From contig CAZVKJ010000004.1 in the NCBI GenBank assembly GCA_964626855.1, forward strand, positions 4,869 through 68,868: a stretch of 64,000 bases of DNA, given 5' to 3'. Of the stretch, positions 19,001 to 27,610 are shown piece by piece. The position numbers and the translations under genes were made by a program. A model generated the notes under the pieces. That model made no database searches, was not told the origin of the DNA, and worked only from the letters and a program-made list of their open reading frames with translations. Numbering within the stretch: position 1 is the stretch's first letter; each line of letters opens with the position of its first letter. The stretch comes from an uncultured Bacteroidales bacterium (GTDB lineage: Bacteria > Bacteroidota > Bacteroidia > Bacteroidales > CAIWKO01).

Positions 19001-19415
19001 TAATAGTAACAGCTCAAACCTGCAGAATCCTGTTCATACTTTCAGCGATTCTGGTTCATTCCTGGTGCAGCTCATTGTATACAGTGATAATAGCTGTTCC
19101 GATACTATAGAAAAGCCCATCAGGATTTATCCCGAGATCATCATTTTTATCCCAAATGCGTTCACTCCAAATCACGACGGGCGCAACGAAACGTTCAGAC
19201 CAATAATCACTGGAATTGATAAAGAAGGTTACCTGTTTTATATTTTTGACCGGTGGGGGAAAATGGAGTTTAATACCAGTGATCCGCAGGAAGGCTGGGA
19301 CGGCAAGAATAGTGGCCGGGAATGCGAGATGGGAGTATATGTATACATGGTTGCATATCGTAGTATGACGGGTAAAGAATTTAAAGAAAGAGGTATTGTA
19401 AATTTGATCAGATAA
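16083..19415 (+). CDS. large T9SS type B cargo / adhesin-like protein with repeated Ig/PKD-like domains
   Basis: 1110-aa ORF with an N-terminal signal/TM segment. Three ~90-aa repeats (aa ~430-700) share the pattern C..G....A..F...P..G..F.WTNSN...GL.A.G.G..P.F.A.N. PKD-like segments (WNFGD, WDFGD) are present. The C-terminal IPNAFTPNHDGRNETF...GWDGK...GVYVY...VNLIR is the gliding-motility C-terminal domain. Confidence 0.8.
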   Translation: MKKVLFSGFCIIIFSFCLWLISFDRVVAQCSIEACPDITFCPGASAQLVASGGVSPGSYTWSPSTGLNSTTIYNPVASPLVTTTYYVTGNGTLGNVIINGDFSQGNTGFSCNYNYNSNLVPEGNYYVGTNPHTFHGGFVNFYDHTSGSGNMMIVNGAGVPNTNVWCQTVPVTPNTDYDFATWACNVSNSGSPALLQFSINGQPLGSIFSVNAVTCIWNQFFAIWNSGSNTTATICIVNQNTTLVGNDFALDDILFAPVCYGIDSVTVFVDQVNISASPANPAICPGHSVTLSASGASTYTWIPGNTPGSTVAGAQITVSPVTTTIYTITGTDAIGCTGSTSVTVNVGYPVISGVLSVCTNSSTQLAGTGQPAVSGAWVSSNTGVASVNNSGMAIGVSAGTSIITYTDIAGCTATATLTVNTTPLVVALSNVFVCDSGTVAATNFTSNPPGGVFSWTNSNTTIGLGAGGTGNIPSFTAINNTSSPANVIITVVSTLNNCTGPPSAYTITVYPSPNVNAPVDIDVCDGTLMLASTFNGPLPGTTLSWTNSNTAVGLPAGGSGDVPQFNATNAGTTPVLATIVVIPTGNVCTTAPVTYHLTVNPIPSVTMPADTSVCHGAIVGASIYTGTVAGTTFTWTNSNASVGLAASGIGNVPSFTAINTGNIPVVANITVTPAANNCTGIPSVYSIIVSPAPLITFSSLPQLCISSPPLSLTHAIPAGGIYSGAGVTGNIFDPSVAGIGMHTISYTYTDTNSGCSNTGTTQIVVTDGLSISVSPENPFICEGNSIILHASGASSFTWQPVTGLSSSLGDQVIASPAMTTVYTVQGSNPDGCAGSATVAVGIYNVPVLAVTSFPKEGCSPLKVNFGYVPIGPIDTNTMYWNFGDLSSSENSSVRAFPAHTFINQGEYAVYLGAHTTEGCPVSCTDTVLAFPVPVADFYYNPPVASLYDPKINFIDLSADGTSWLWDFGDPASFNSNSSNLQNPVHTFSDSGSFLVQLIVYSDNSCSDTIEKPIRIYPEIIIFIPNAFTPNHDGRNETFRPIITGIDKEGYLFYIFDRWGKMEFNTSDPQEGWDGKNSGRECEMGVYVYMVAYRSMTGKEFKERGIVNLIR

Positions 19416-19465
19416 ATATTGATAAAAATATTTACCCGATTTAACCTGTCTTATTCATACCCAGT

Positions 19466-19573
19466 TGTTCGAAGTTTGCACCATAGGTGCTCCTACGGAG
19501 TAACTTCGAACTTATAATACCAAATTGAAATATCAATTAGTCCAATAGGACGTATTGATATTTCTCATTTGGT
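19466..19573. other. two compound (nested) hairpins downstream of the adhesin gene
   Basis: The first (19466-19510) is GTTCGAAGTT...AACTTCGAAC enclosing GCACCataGGTGC and TCCtacGGA. The second (19519-19573) is ACCAAAT-GAAATATCAAT-(GTCCaataGGAC)-ATTGATATTTC-ATTTGGT. They may act as terminators or be REP-like elements. Confidence 0.4.
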
Positions 19574-19959
19574 TATGCCGATGGTTAAAATAAATAGTGC
19601 AAACGAGGGAAACGAAGTTTGGACTATATTATTTTTCCAATCGGTATAAAATGTAGTTTGCAACTATAATCATGCATTACCGGTCGTTACTTTTTTTACA
19701 TACAAACAGGTAATCGTGCGCATATTAAAGCTGAATAAACTAAGCCATTATATTCAGAAAAAGTTTCCGGGAAGGAAATAATATTTTTAAAAAGAAATAA
19801 TATTTATATTTGTTTGTATAAAAGGGAACAGCATAAAGCTACCTGGCTGAAGACCGTGAATAGGAGCATACAAAGGTAAAGCTGGAAATAAGTTTCCGGT
19901 AATATTTCGTAGTTAGACAGACAGTAGACGGACAGACACAATTTAAGAATAATAGAGCC

Positions 19960-20301
19960 ATGCTACACATGAATCCAGAATCTTACAGTGAAACAAAAGT
20001 TAAACTTTTGTTGATTTACTATTTTAGTTTTGGAGTCTATGCAATTCCGCCAATTTGTATAGTTCTCTTCTTTCTTAATGTTTGTGAGACCTCAATATAT
20101 TTCTGGTTGACATTTTTGCTTGGTACTCTTCCTTGTGCTTTTGTAGGCACAATTCTTTTTTTTATAGGCTGGAAAATCTCAATCAAGAGAAATATCAGAA
20201 AAAACATCACCGTTGGAATGCTTGGGACAATATTTGGAATAATGGGAATCATTATTGGAGTTGCACTTTGGGGACTATTTTACTTGGTAGTTGGAAGCTA
20301 G
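19960..20301 (+). CDS. small hypothetical membrane protein
   Basis: 113-aa ORF with 3-4 hydrophobic segments. No other support. Confidence 0.35.
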   Translation: MLHMNPESYSETKVKLLLIYYFSFGVYAIPPICIVLFFLNVCETSIYFWLTFLLGTLPCAFVGTILFFIGWKISIKRNIRKNITVGMLGTIFGIMGIIIGVALWGLFYLVVGS

Positions 20302-20654
20302 TTTATGATTGACTTGACACACAAACTGACATTGATAAAAATAAATACTACCGCTAATAGGGCTATAAAAGCAAATCTCTATTATTTGAGGAACATGAAA
20401 ATGAGGGCAGCTCGTTTATTTTTTATTCATCAAACTGGCTACCGTTTATTTTGGGTTTACAGCTAATGGTAAAGCCCTCGGGGATAACTTTTGACCCAAT
20501 TTTTTCTTCGAGGTCGGTCTTTTTTGTGATTGGGAATTCGACCTGGCATTTTCATATACCGGTTCCGCAGGTTTTTTTAACGATAAAGGAATCTTATCAA
20601 ATTGAAATTACGGCGTGGATAAAATTTATACTGTTTTACCTCAGTGAGTTTTTA

Positions 20655-20662
20655 TACCTTTG
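20655..20662 (+). promoter_or_regulatory. candidate -7 promoter box (TACCTTTG) for lpxD
   Basis: Matches TAnnTTTG, 18-24 nt upstream of the lpxD start candidates at 20680 and 20686. Confidence 0.3.
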
Positions 20663-20679
20663 CTATTCTCTGAAAATAT

Positions 20680-21723
20680 ATGAGCATGAAATTCACAGCG
20701 CAACAACTGGCCCAGGTGCTGAACGGCACGGTAGAGGGCAATCCCGAAGCAAGCATCAGTAAGCTTGCGAAAATAGAAGAAGGTGATGAAGAATCACTTA
20801 CGTTCCTGGCCAATCCGGCATACAAGCATTTTATATATACTACCAGGGCTGCCGTAGTCATTGTAAATAAAGATTTTGTCCCCGAGCAAAGCATTAGTGC
20901 TACGCTTGTCAGGGTTGACAATGCCTATACCGCTTTTTCGACGCTGCTCGAAATGTATAACCAGATAAAGCAAAATAAGACGGGCATTTCTGAAAAGGCC
21001 GTCATTGCTGAATCGGCAAAGATCGGTAAAAACGTATATATAGGTGCACAGGCTGTGATAGGCGACAATGTTGTGCTTGGTGACAATGTGAAAATATATC
21101 CGCTATGCTATGTTGGCGATAATGTTGTTATTGGCGGCAACACCACGCTTTATGCTTCGGTGACTATTTATTCCGACAATATTATCGGCAACAACTGTAT
21201 CATTCATTCCGGCGTGGTGATAGGTGCCGATGGTTTTGGCTTTGCGCCACAGACGGACGGAACATATAAAAAAGTTACGCAAACAGGTAATGTGATTGTT
21301 GATGATGATGTAGAGATTGGCGCCAATACAACTATCGACCGCGCCACGCTGGGCTCAACACGCATACATAAAGGTTGTAAAATCGACAACCTGGTGATGA
21401 TTGCTCATAATGTTGAAGTGGGTGAGAACACGGTTATCGTTTCACAGACAGGAATAGCGGGCTCAACAAGAGTCGGTAATAGCTGTACCATTGGAGGCCA
21501 GGTAGGTATTGTAGGTCATATTACCATTGCCGATCATGTGATGATACAGGCCCAGTCGGGGATAGCTTCCAGCATAAAAGAAAAAGGCGCTATTGTTCAG
21601 GGTGCGCCGGCATTCAATATCAAAGATTACCTGCGCTCGTACGTGCATTACAAGAACCTGCCGAAAATCGTCGACCGGCTGAATGCACTGGAAAAGGAGC
21701 TGGCCGAACTCAGGAATAAGTAG
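20680..21723 (+). CDS. lpxD: UDP-3-O-acylglucosamine N-acyltransferase
   Basis: 347-aa ORF. N-terminal [21 protein letters not shown]...[12 protein letters not shown] is typical of LpxD. A long run of left-handed beta-helix hexapeptide repeats follows ([25 protein letters not shown]...), then a C-terminal helix. Confidence 0.9.
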   Translation: MSMKFTAQQLAQVLNGTVEGNPEASISKLAKIEEGDEESLTFLANPAYKHFIYTTRAAVVIVNKDFVPEQSISATLVRVDNAYTAFSTLLEMYNQIKQNKTGISEKAVIAESAKIGKNVYIGAQAVIGDNVVLGDNVKIYPLCYVGDNVVIGGNTTLYASVTIYSDNIIGNNCIIHSGVVIGADGFGFAPQTDGTYKKVTQTGNVIVDDDVEIGANTTIDRATLGSTRIHKGCKIDNLVMIAHNVEVGENTVIVSQTGIAGSTRVGNSCTIGGQVGIVGHITIADHVMIQAQSGIASSIKEKGAIVQGAPAFNIKDYLRSYVHYKNLPKIVDRLNALEKELAELRNK

Positions 21724-21744
21724 GCATACAGCGGTTTTATTAAA

Positions 21745-21868
21745 GGGCGACTCTAAAAACTTCAAATTTCTTTGTTTGTCTTCGTTCTTCAAATCCTCAT
21801 ATACGCTCAGTATACTGCGGTTTTCAGAACTTCGACCGCCTCGAACTTTTTTGTTTTTAGAGATGCCC
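21745..21868 (+). repeat. ~124-nt element with 16-nt terminal inverted repeats, 3' of lpxD
   Basis: GGGCGACTCTAAAAAC...GTTTTTAGAGATGCCC. The internal ~100 nt recur in inverted orientation at 56171-56272. Confidence 0.55.
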
Positions 21869-21994
21869 GATCGAGGTTGTTAGAGACACCCATAAATCCA
21901 TCTGACACTCGGCTAATAAAAAAACTACAGATTATAAGATTTAGACAAAACGAGGTTTGCCGGAACACCTCGCGTTGCTTGTGTATTTGCTGAT

Positions 21995-22758
21995 GTTTAA
22001 CCCCTACGGGGTAACACCATGATTTGTCTTATCATACCTTTACTATACTTTAAGCCCTACGGGCTATGGTTTTCAAGAGTATGTCGTAACAACCATCTTA
22101 CCGCGTAGCGGTTATAAGTATTTTATGTTTTTAGGTTTGTTTAACCCCTACGGGGTAACACTATGATTTATTTTATCTTACCCTTACTATACTTTAAGCC
22201 TTACGGGCTATTGCGATATACGCAATAAAACTTTACCGCGTAGCGGTTAAAGTATTTTATGTTTTTGGGTTTGTTTAACCCCTACGGGGTAACTCTATTA
22301 CTTTTCTTATCTTACTCTTACTAAACTTTAAGCCCTACGGGCTATTACGATATACGCAATAAATGTTTTACCGCGTAGCGGTTATAAGTATTGCATGTTC
22401 TTTTGGTTTTGTTTAACCCCAACGGGGTAACACTGTGTTTATTTTATCTTACTCTTACTATACTTTAAGCCCTACGGGCTATGGTTTTCAAGAATATGTC
22501 GTAACAACCATCTTGCCGTGTTGGGGTTATATGTATGGTATGTAAAAATCTCTTTACCGCGTAGCGGTTAAAGTATTTTATGTTTTTGTGTTTGTTTAAC
22601 CCCTACGGGGTAACTCTATTACTTTTCTTATCTTACTCTTACTAAACTTTAAGCCCTACGGGCTATTACGATATACGCAATAAAAGCTTTACCGCGTAAC
22701 GGTTAAAGTATGGTATGTAAAAACCCAAAGATGATAACTTTCCCCGTAGGGGATATAC
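21995..22758. repeat. REP-like hairpin array upstream of RAYT-1
   Basis: Five composite ~135-bp units, each containing CCCCTACGGGG, GCCCTACGGGC and CCGCGTAGCGG hairpins. The array ends with CCCCGTAGGGG (~22742). Confidence 0.8.
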
Positions 22759-22839
22759 TTCAAAAAATCATTAATGCTTACAATAAAATAATTGATTATC
22801 TTTAACCAAAAAGGTCACCCCCAAATAAAAACCATAATC

Positions 22840-23307
22840 ATGAAACCTGGCAATTTCACACAATTACAAATTCAAATGGTTTTTGCAGTTAAAAACCGTG
22901 AAGCACTTTTGCACAAAGATTTCAGAATACGTGTCTTTGAATACATGAGTGGGATACTCAGAGAAATGAAGCACAAATCCATTATTATAAACGGAGTTTC
23001 GGACCACGTTCATGTTTTTTTAGGCCTGAATCCTGCGTTATCAATTTCTGATACTGTACATGAATTGAAACGGAGTTCTTCAATTTTTATTAAAGAAAAC
23101 AAATTGTGCAAAAGTAAATTCTCATGGCAGGAAGGCTATGGTGCATTTTCTTATAGCAAATCTCAGGTTGAGAAAGTATACAATTATATTCAAAACCAGG
23201 AAGCTCATCATAAAAGAAAAACATTTAGGGAAGAGTATCTTGAGTTTCTGGACAAATATGAAGTTATATATGATGAACGGTTTCTTTTTGAATTCTTTGA
23301 CCTATAA
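22840..23307 (+). CDS. REP-associated tyrosine transposase (RAYT; IS200/IS605 TnpA-like Y1 HUH enzyme)
   Basis: Start moved to ATG 22840 (MKPGNFTQLQIQMVFAVKNRE). HUH motif in SDHVHVFLG and catalytic-Tyr region WQEGYGAFSYS. 155 aa. Flanked on both sides by cognate hairpin repeats. Confidence 0.8.
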   Translation: MKPGNFTQLQIQMVFAVKNREALLHKDFRIRVFEYMSGILREMKHKSIIINGVSDHVHVFLGLNPALSISDTVHELKRSSSIFIKENKLCKSKFSWQEGYGAFSYSKSQVEKVYNYIQNQEAHHKRKTFREEYLEFLDKYEVIYDERFLFEFFDL

Positions 23308-23830
23308 CCCCTACGGGGTAACACTATGATTTATTATATCTTACCTTTACTATACTTTAAGCCCTACGGGCTATGGTTTTCAGGAATATGTCATAACAAC
23401 CATCTTACCGTGTAGCGGTTATAAGTATTTTATGTTTTTGAGTTTGTTTAACCCCTACAGGGTAACCTTCTTCTAGGTGCCATTATTTGTATTAAACTTT
23501 AAGCCCGACGGGCTATTACAATATTCGCTGTAAAAGCTTTACCGCGTAGCGGTTAAAGTATTGTACATAAAAACCAAAAGATGATGACTTTCCCCGTAGG
23601 GGATATACTAACAGATTTAATTTTCTTGCAAGTAAACTGGAAAATGGGTTACTCGTTTGGTTTTGTTTAACCCCTACGGGGTAACACTGTGATTTATTTT
23701 ATCATACTCTTACTATACTTTAAGCCCTACGGGCTATTGCGATATTCGCTGTAAAAGCTTTACCGCGTAGCGGTTAAAGTATTATAAAAACATCCGGATA
23801 AAAGTCAATATTTTCCCCGTAGGGGATACA
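23305..23830. repeat. REP-like hairpin array downstream of RAYT-1
   Basis: Three more composite units in the same orientation as the upstream array. The first hairpin begins within the RAYT stop codon (ccTAACCCCTACGGGG). CCCCGTAGGGG occurs at ~23594 and ~23815. Confidence 0.8.
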
Positions 23831-23860
23831 CAAAAAAAGCTTTCCTAAAAAAACTGCTCA

Positions 23861-23937
23861 CTGTCAACTGTCAATTGCTAACTGCTAACTACTAACTACT
23901 AACTACTAACTACTAACTACTAACTACTAACTGCCAA
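23861..23937. repeat. 11-unit heptanucleotide tandem repeat (CTRYYAA; six perfect CTACTAA)
   Basis: The units read ctgtcaa ctgtcaa ttgctaa ctgctaa (ctactaa)x6 ctgccaa. The repeat ends 5 nt from the stop codon of the minus-strand DUF2207 gene. Either strand carries stop codons in all three frames. Confidence 0.85.
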
Positions 23938-23942
23938 CAGTC

Positions 23943-26900
23943 CTACCAGCTCGATCCGCCGCCGCCGCCAAAGCCGCCGCCCGAGAATCCGCCGCCGCCA
24001 AAACCGCTGAACCCGCCGCCACCACCAAAGGAGCTGAATCCGGAACTGTGAGAACCAGAGCCTGAAGAAGAACCTGGTGTATAATGATAATTAAAGTTAT
24101 GGTCCATGTGATACATGCTTGAGATCATGGAAGAAACAAGTAAGGATGTCGTAAATGTACCGTGATCGGCCGACTGGTACCATACCGGCGCTGAATTGAT
24201 CAGGTCTTTAAATTTTTCAGCCCACAGGCTTCCCAGGCCCATAACAATGGCAAACGAAACCGTTTCATCAAAATATCTCGGGTTTTCCTGCAACAGTCCT
24301 TTGAGCTTGTCGCTTTCGGCCCGCTCAATGAATTCCCTGAAACCAAGCAGTTCCATATAGCGGTCCATGCCAAAATGCCCGCGTTTGGGCATGATCATAC
24401 CGAAAAGATAAACTAGTCCCGATGATAACACAATGCAAAATTGGAACTGCAACCAGCTATAGCCGCTGAATAGTGAAGCAAAGATGCCTATACCAAGAAT
24501 AAAAAACGAGATGATTTTGAGGAAAGTGCTGAATCCCCTGGTGCCCGGCACATAGAACTGTTGTTTTTTTGAATAGGCATGCAACTCTTTGTCGGTTTCA
24601 TTCATGGTGATATAAAAAGAATTTTTTAATGAGCTCACCTTAACGGTGTTGTTTCGATCTTTGAATAATCCACCAAACATTTTCCTTTCGAAATTTTTTG
24701 CATCGTCAGGCAGTTCCCTCAGTTTCGTTAATTCATAATCTTTACTTCCCGCGAATGCCTTAATTTCTTTTATGGAGATTAATCCATGGCCTGCCCAGTA
24801 ATATATGAGGGAAACCAAGTCGCGTTTGTGCAGCTTATTGTCCCATAAAAATCCTGCTTCGGCAGGCGTTATATCTTTTGGTGGCTTATATTGAACAACA
24901 ATGGAGGTTCTTTTATCGCGGCCAAAGAAAAACCATATTATGAATAAAATGATCAACAGGATGAAAGGATAGAACAGGAGCTTATTGTTTTTCCAGATGA
25001 TTTTCCATGTCAGCATGCCGGAAACAGACAGGTTGTTTTTGGGCAGCCAGATTTTCAGAAATGGCGTTTCATTGGCCATTAGCGGCCTGTTGAGTTTACA
25101 GGTTATGATATTGTTTGATGTCGTAAATTTCAGAAGTTGCAAGGTGTCATTATTTATGTCAAACAACGTCTTTATCATATCCGCTTTTACGCCTTCAGGC
25201 AGAATGATCCTGATGGTGCCTTTTTTTACAGGTTCATCCAGAGCAGATAGCAATGGCTTATTCAGAAAGTAGGTGCCATTTACTTTGCTGAACAGGCCAA
25301 ATATATCATATTCGTAACTGAATAATGAATCGGCTGTTGCTTTATCATTGCCCCAGTAAATGGAATTATAATAGCTGTTTCCGTAACGATATGCATCATC
25401 CTGGCCGCTTACCGTAAGATTATTAACAAGCAGTTTGGTGTAACCGCTTAATAATGACCAGTCGGGTTGAAGTACATGGAGGCCTTTGTTGGCGGCGAGG
25501 TCATCATAATATGAAAAATTCTCATTGGCAGTGAAACTATGGTCAGGGCCAGCGGGATTTTTAAACATCACCTTGTACAACTGTTTTATATGAAGGCTTC
25601 CATTTTTGTTTATGGTAATTTCAGTAAGAAAATCATTAATATAATAGTTTTTGGCAAAAATCCCGATGGGCATTTTTGTTTTGTCGAAACCCGCGTCACT
25701 CAATGATTCTGTCATGATTACGGCATCCGTAGCAAATACTTTATCATATTTGATAATATACGTTTTTGTTTTAACATCCCATGTTAAATCCGGCGTTACA
25801 GGATGGTCTTCACTGGTTCTGAAAAAACGGAAAAGGGTATTTTCAATATTGATGGCGGGATCGGCTGATATTTCTGCGGTGAAGCCATTGAAGGGTTCTC
25901 CTGACATTTCACCTGTGAAAGGCCATTGAATTTCTGCCCTTCCCCTTTCAAAACGCACAGCCCCCCATACTTTATAACGATAAGTAACCGTAATCTTTCC
26001 CGAAAATTCTTTGGAACTGTATAGGTTTATGAACTTGTTTTTGCCTTCCCTTTGTGCATAAAACTGTGCGTCATTTACGCCGGGCGTAATGTAATTCACC
26101 GAAACATTTTTTAGAATATAATCCTTGATAAGAGATGTGTCGTTTGGTTTCAGGGTGTTAAAATCACGATTGAAAGATGTCTGCGGAAATATGAGAACCA
26201 CATCATATTTCTCTTCTATATCAAGGGATGCATCGTTGTTGATTTTTACTTTTATATTAAGTTTGTCGGTATAAAAATTCTTTGCCAGGTCGGTGATGGG
26301 TATGTTCGTATTTTCGAAAAAAGATAACGGAAACCTTACCACCAAAGTCATTCCTTCGTTTGCATTCAGTGCGGCAGTTAGGCTTCCTGTTATTGATGTG
26401 GGATTAATTTTATATACGGCATTATTGTCTTTGGATCCTTCGGGACCGGTGAAAAGCAAAATATCATCATTGGTCAGCTTAAGGGATTTGGGCAGGCTGA
26501 TGTTGAACCCGGCTTTGGCAATGGAGCAATCCCACTGATGCCCGATGAGATTCCAGTAAAGTTCGGTGTGGTCGCTGAACTTATTAAGGCCGCCCCACAC
26601 CACATACCTGATAACATACTTCTGGTTGCCTTCCACATATTTGTCAGCCGAACCTATTTTTATTTTCAGGAAATCGCCTTCGTAAGAAGGAGTGAACTCA
26701 AAACCTTCAACACTGATGTCTTTAATCAGCAATTCGTAATCGGCCGAAAAGCTTGCCCGCTCGGCTTTCTCCTTTCCCGGAAAATCAAATTGGCTATAAC
26801 GGAAAGGTATCGACCTGATGATTCCATGCCGCTGTTCTTTATAATGAACATCAATGGTTTCGGTTACAACGATGGAACTGTTGGCATTCATCTTCATGTC

Positions 26901-26987
26901 AATGAAATATGCGGTGATGTCGAAAGCTTCTGAAAATCCTGTGATGCCAGACAAGATAAGTATGGCAAGCAAAAATATTTTTTTCAT
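23943..26987 (-). CDS. DUF2207-like membrane protein with Gly-rich C-terminal tail
   Basis: 1014-aa ORF. Signal peptide, large extracytoplasmic N-domain, several TM helices (aa ~660-860), and the C-terminal tail SSSGSGSHSSGFSSFGGGGGFSGFGGGGFSGGGFGGGGGSSW. It is paired with LemA, as is typical for this family. Confidence 0.7.
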   Translation of the reverse strand: MKKIFLLAILILSGITGFSEAFDITAYFIDMKMNANSSIVVTETIDVHYKEQRHGIIRSIPFRYSQFDFPGKEKAERASFSADYELLIKDISVEGFEFTPSYEGDFLKIKIGSADKYVEGNQKYVIRYVVWGGLNKFSDHTELYWNLIGHQWDCSIAKAGFNISLPKSLKLTNDDILLFTGPEGSKDNNAVYKINPTSITGSLTAALNANEGMTLVVRFPLSFFENTNIPITDLAKNFYTDKLNIKVKINNDASLDIEEKYDVVLIFPQTSFNRDFNTLKPNDTSLIKDYILKNVSVNYITPGVNDAQFYAQREGKNKFINLYSSKEFSGKITVTYRYKVWGAVRFERGRAEIQWPFTGEMSGEPFNGFTAEISADPAINIENTLFRFFRTSEDHPVTPDLTWDVKTKTYIIKYDKVFATDAVIMTESLSDAGFDKTKMPIGIFAKNYYINDFLTEITINKNGSLHIKQLYKVMFKNPAGPDHSFTANENFSYYDDLAANKGLHVLQPDWSLLSGYTKLLVNNLTVSGQDDAYRYGNSYYNSIYWGNDKATADSLFSYEYDIFGLFSKVNGTYFLNKPLLSALDEPVKKGTIRIILPEGVKADMIKTLFDINNDTLQLLKFTTSNNIITCKLNRPLMANETPFLKIWLPKNNLSVSGMLTWKIIWKNNKLLFYPFILLIILFIIWFFFGRDKRTSIVVQYKPPKDITPAEAGFLWDNKLHKRDLVSLIYYWAGHGLISIKEIKAFAGSKDYELTKLRELPDDAKNFERKMFGGLFKDRNNTVKVSSLKNSFYITMNETDKELHAYSKKQQFYVPGTRGFSTFLKIISFFILGIGIFASLFSGYSWLQFQFCIVLSSGLVYLFGMIMPKRGHFGMDRYMELLGFREFIERAESDKLKGLLQENPRYFDETVSFAIVMGLGSLWAEKFKDLINSAPVWYQSADHGTFTTSLLVSSMISSMYHMDHNFNYHYTPGSSSGSGSHSSGFSSFGGGGGFSGFGGGGFSGGGFGGGGGSSW

Positions 26988-26991
26988 GTAT

Positions 26992-27546
26992 TTATTTTTT
27001 TATTTCGACCCTGATCACTTCGCGTTCAATATTTTCAATTTCAAAAAACTCTGCCGTTTTAAATCCGAATATTTTTGCGAAAATGTTCCCGGGAAAAGAT
27101 TCAACGGCGGTATTATTGTCACGTACCACGGCATTATAATATCTGCGGGCGTTTTGCAGGGTGTCTTCAACATCAATCAGAGAATCCTGCAACTTGATGA
27201 AATTCTGGTTGGCCAGCAGGTCGGGATAATTTTCCACAGTGACAAGGATGTTCTTTAAAACAGAGATCAGGTTATTCTCTGCCGCCTCATGTTCTTTGAC
27301 CGTTGTGGCATTTTCAGCCTGCGACCTGTATTTGGCCACATTTTCGAAGAGTCCTTTTTCATGAGCGGCATAACCTTTCACCGATTCCACAAGATTAGGA
27401 ATGAGAGAGTACCGCCGCTTGAGCTGCACATCGATATCGCTCCATGCATTTTTTATTCTGTTGCGGTAAGCGATGAATTTGTTGAAAAAAATAACAGTGA
27501 ATAGAAGCAGCAGTGCGACGATTGCTATTATTACATATATGGCCAT
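26992..27546 (-). CDS. lemA: LemA family protein
   Basis: 184-aa ORF. N-terminal TM segment followed by NRIKNAWSDIDVQLKRRYSLIPNLVESVKGYAAHEKGLFENV, which is characteristic of LemA. It ends 4 nt upstream of the DUF2207 gene. Confidence 0.85.
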   Translation of the reverse strand: MAIYVIIAIVALLLLFTVIFFNKFIAYRNRIKNAWSDIDVQLKRRYSLIPNLVESVKGYAAHEKGLFENVAKYRSQAENATTVKEHEAAENNLISVLKNILVTVENYPDLLANQNFIKLQDSLIDVEDTLQNARRYYNAVVRDNNTAVESFPGNIFAKIFGFKTAEFFEIENIEREVIRVEIKK

Positions 27547-27589
27547 AAATTTATAATTTGATTTATATCCGATGCCGGATTAATAAAAA

Positions 27590-27597
27590 CAAAAGTA
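27590..27597 (-). promoter_or_regulatory. candidate -7 promoter box (TACTTTTG) for lemA-DUF2207
   Basis: The reverse complement of caaaagta matches TAnnTTTG, 44 nt upstream of the lemA start at 27546. Confidence 0.35.
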
Positions 27598-27610
27598 GAA
27601 GAAAATCATG

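Noticed and set aside
20451-20762. A 103-aa ORF upstream of and overlapping the lpxD start, and the antisense ORF at 20652-20921.
   Set aside because: No supporting motifs. They overlap the well-supported lpxD N-terminus and its candidate promoter.
21995-23830. Regularly spaced short palindromic repeats that look superficially like a CRISPR array.
   Set aside because: Three different hairpin types alternate. The sequences between them are themselves conserved between units, so they are not unique spacers. The period is ~135 bp, there are no cas genes, and an IS200-like RAYT gene sits in the middle. This is a REP/BIME-type array, not CRISPR.
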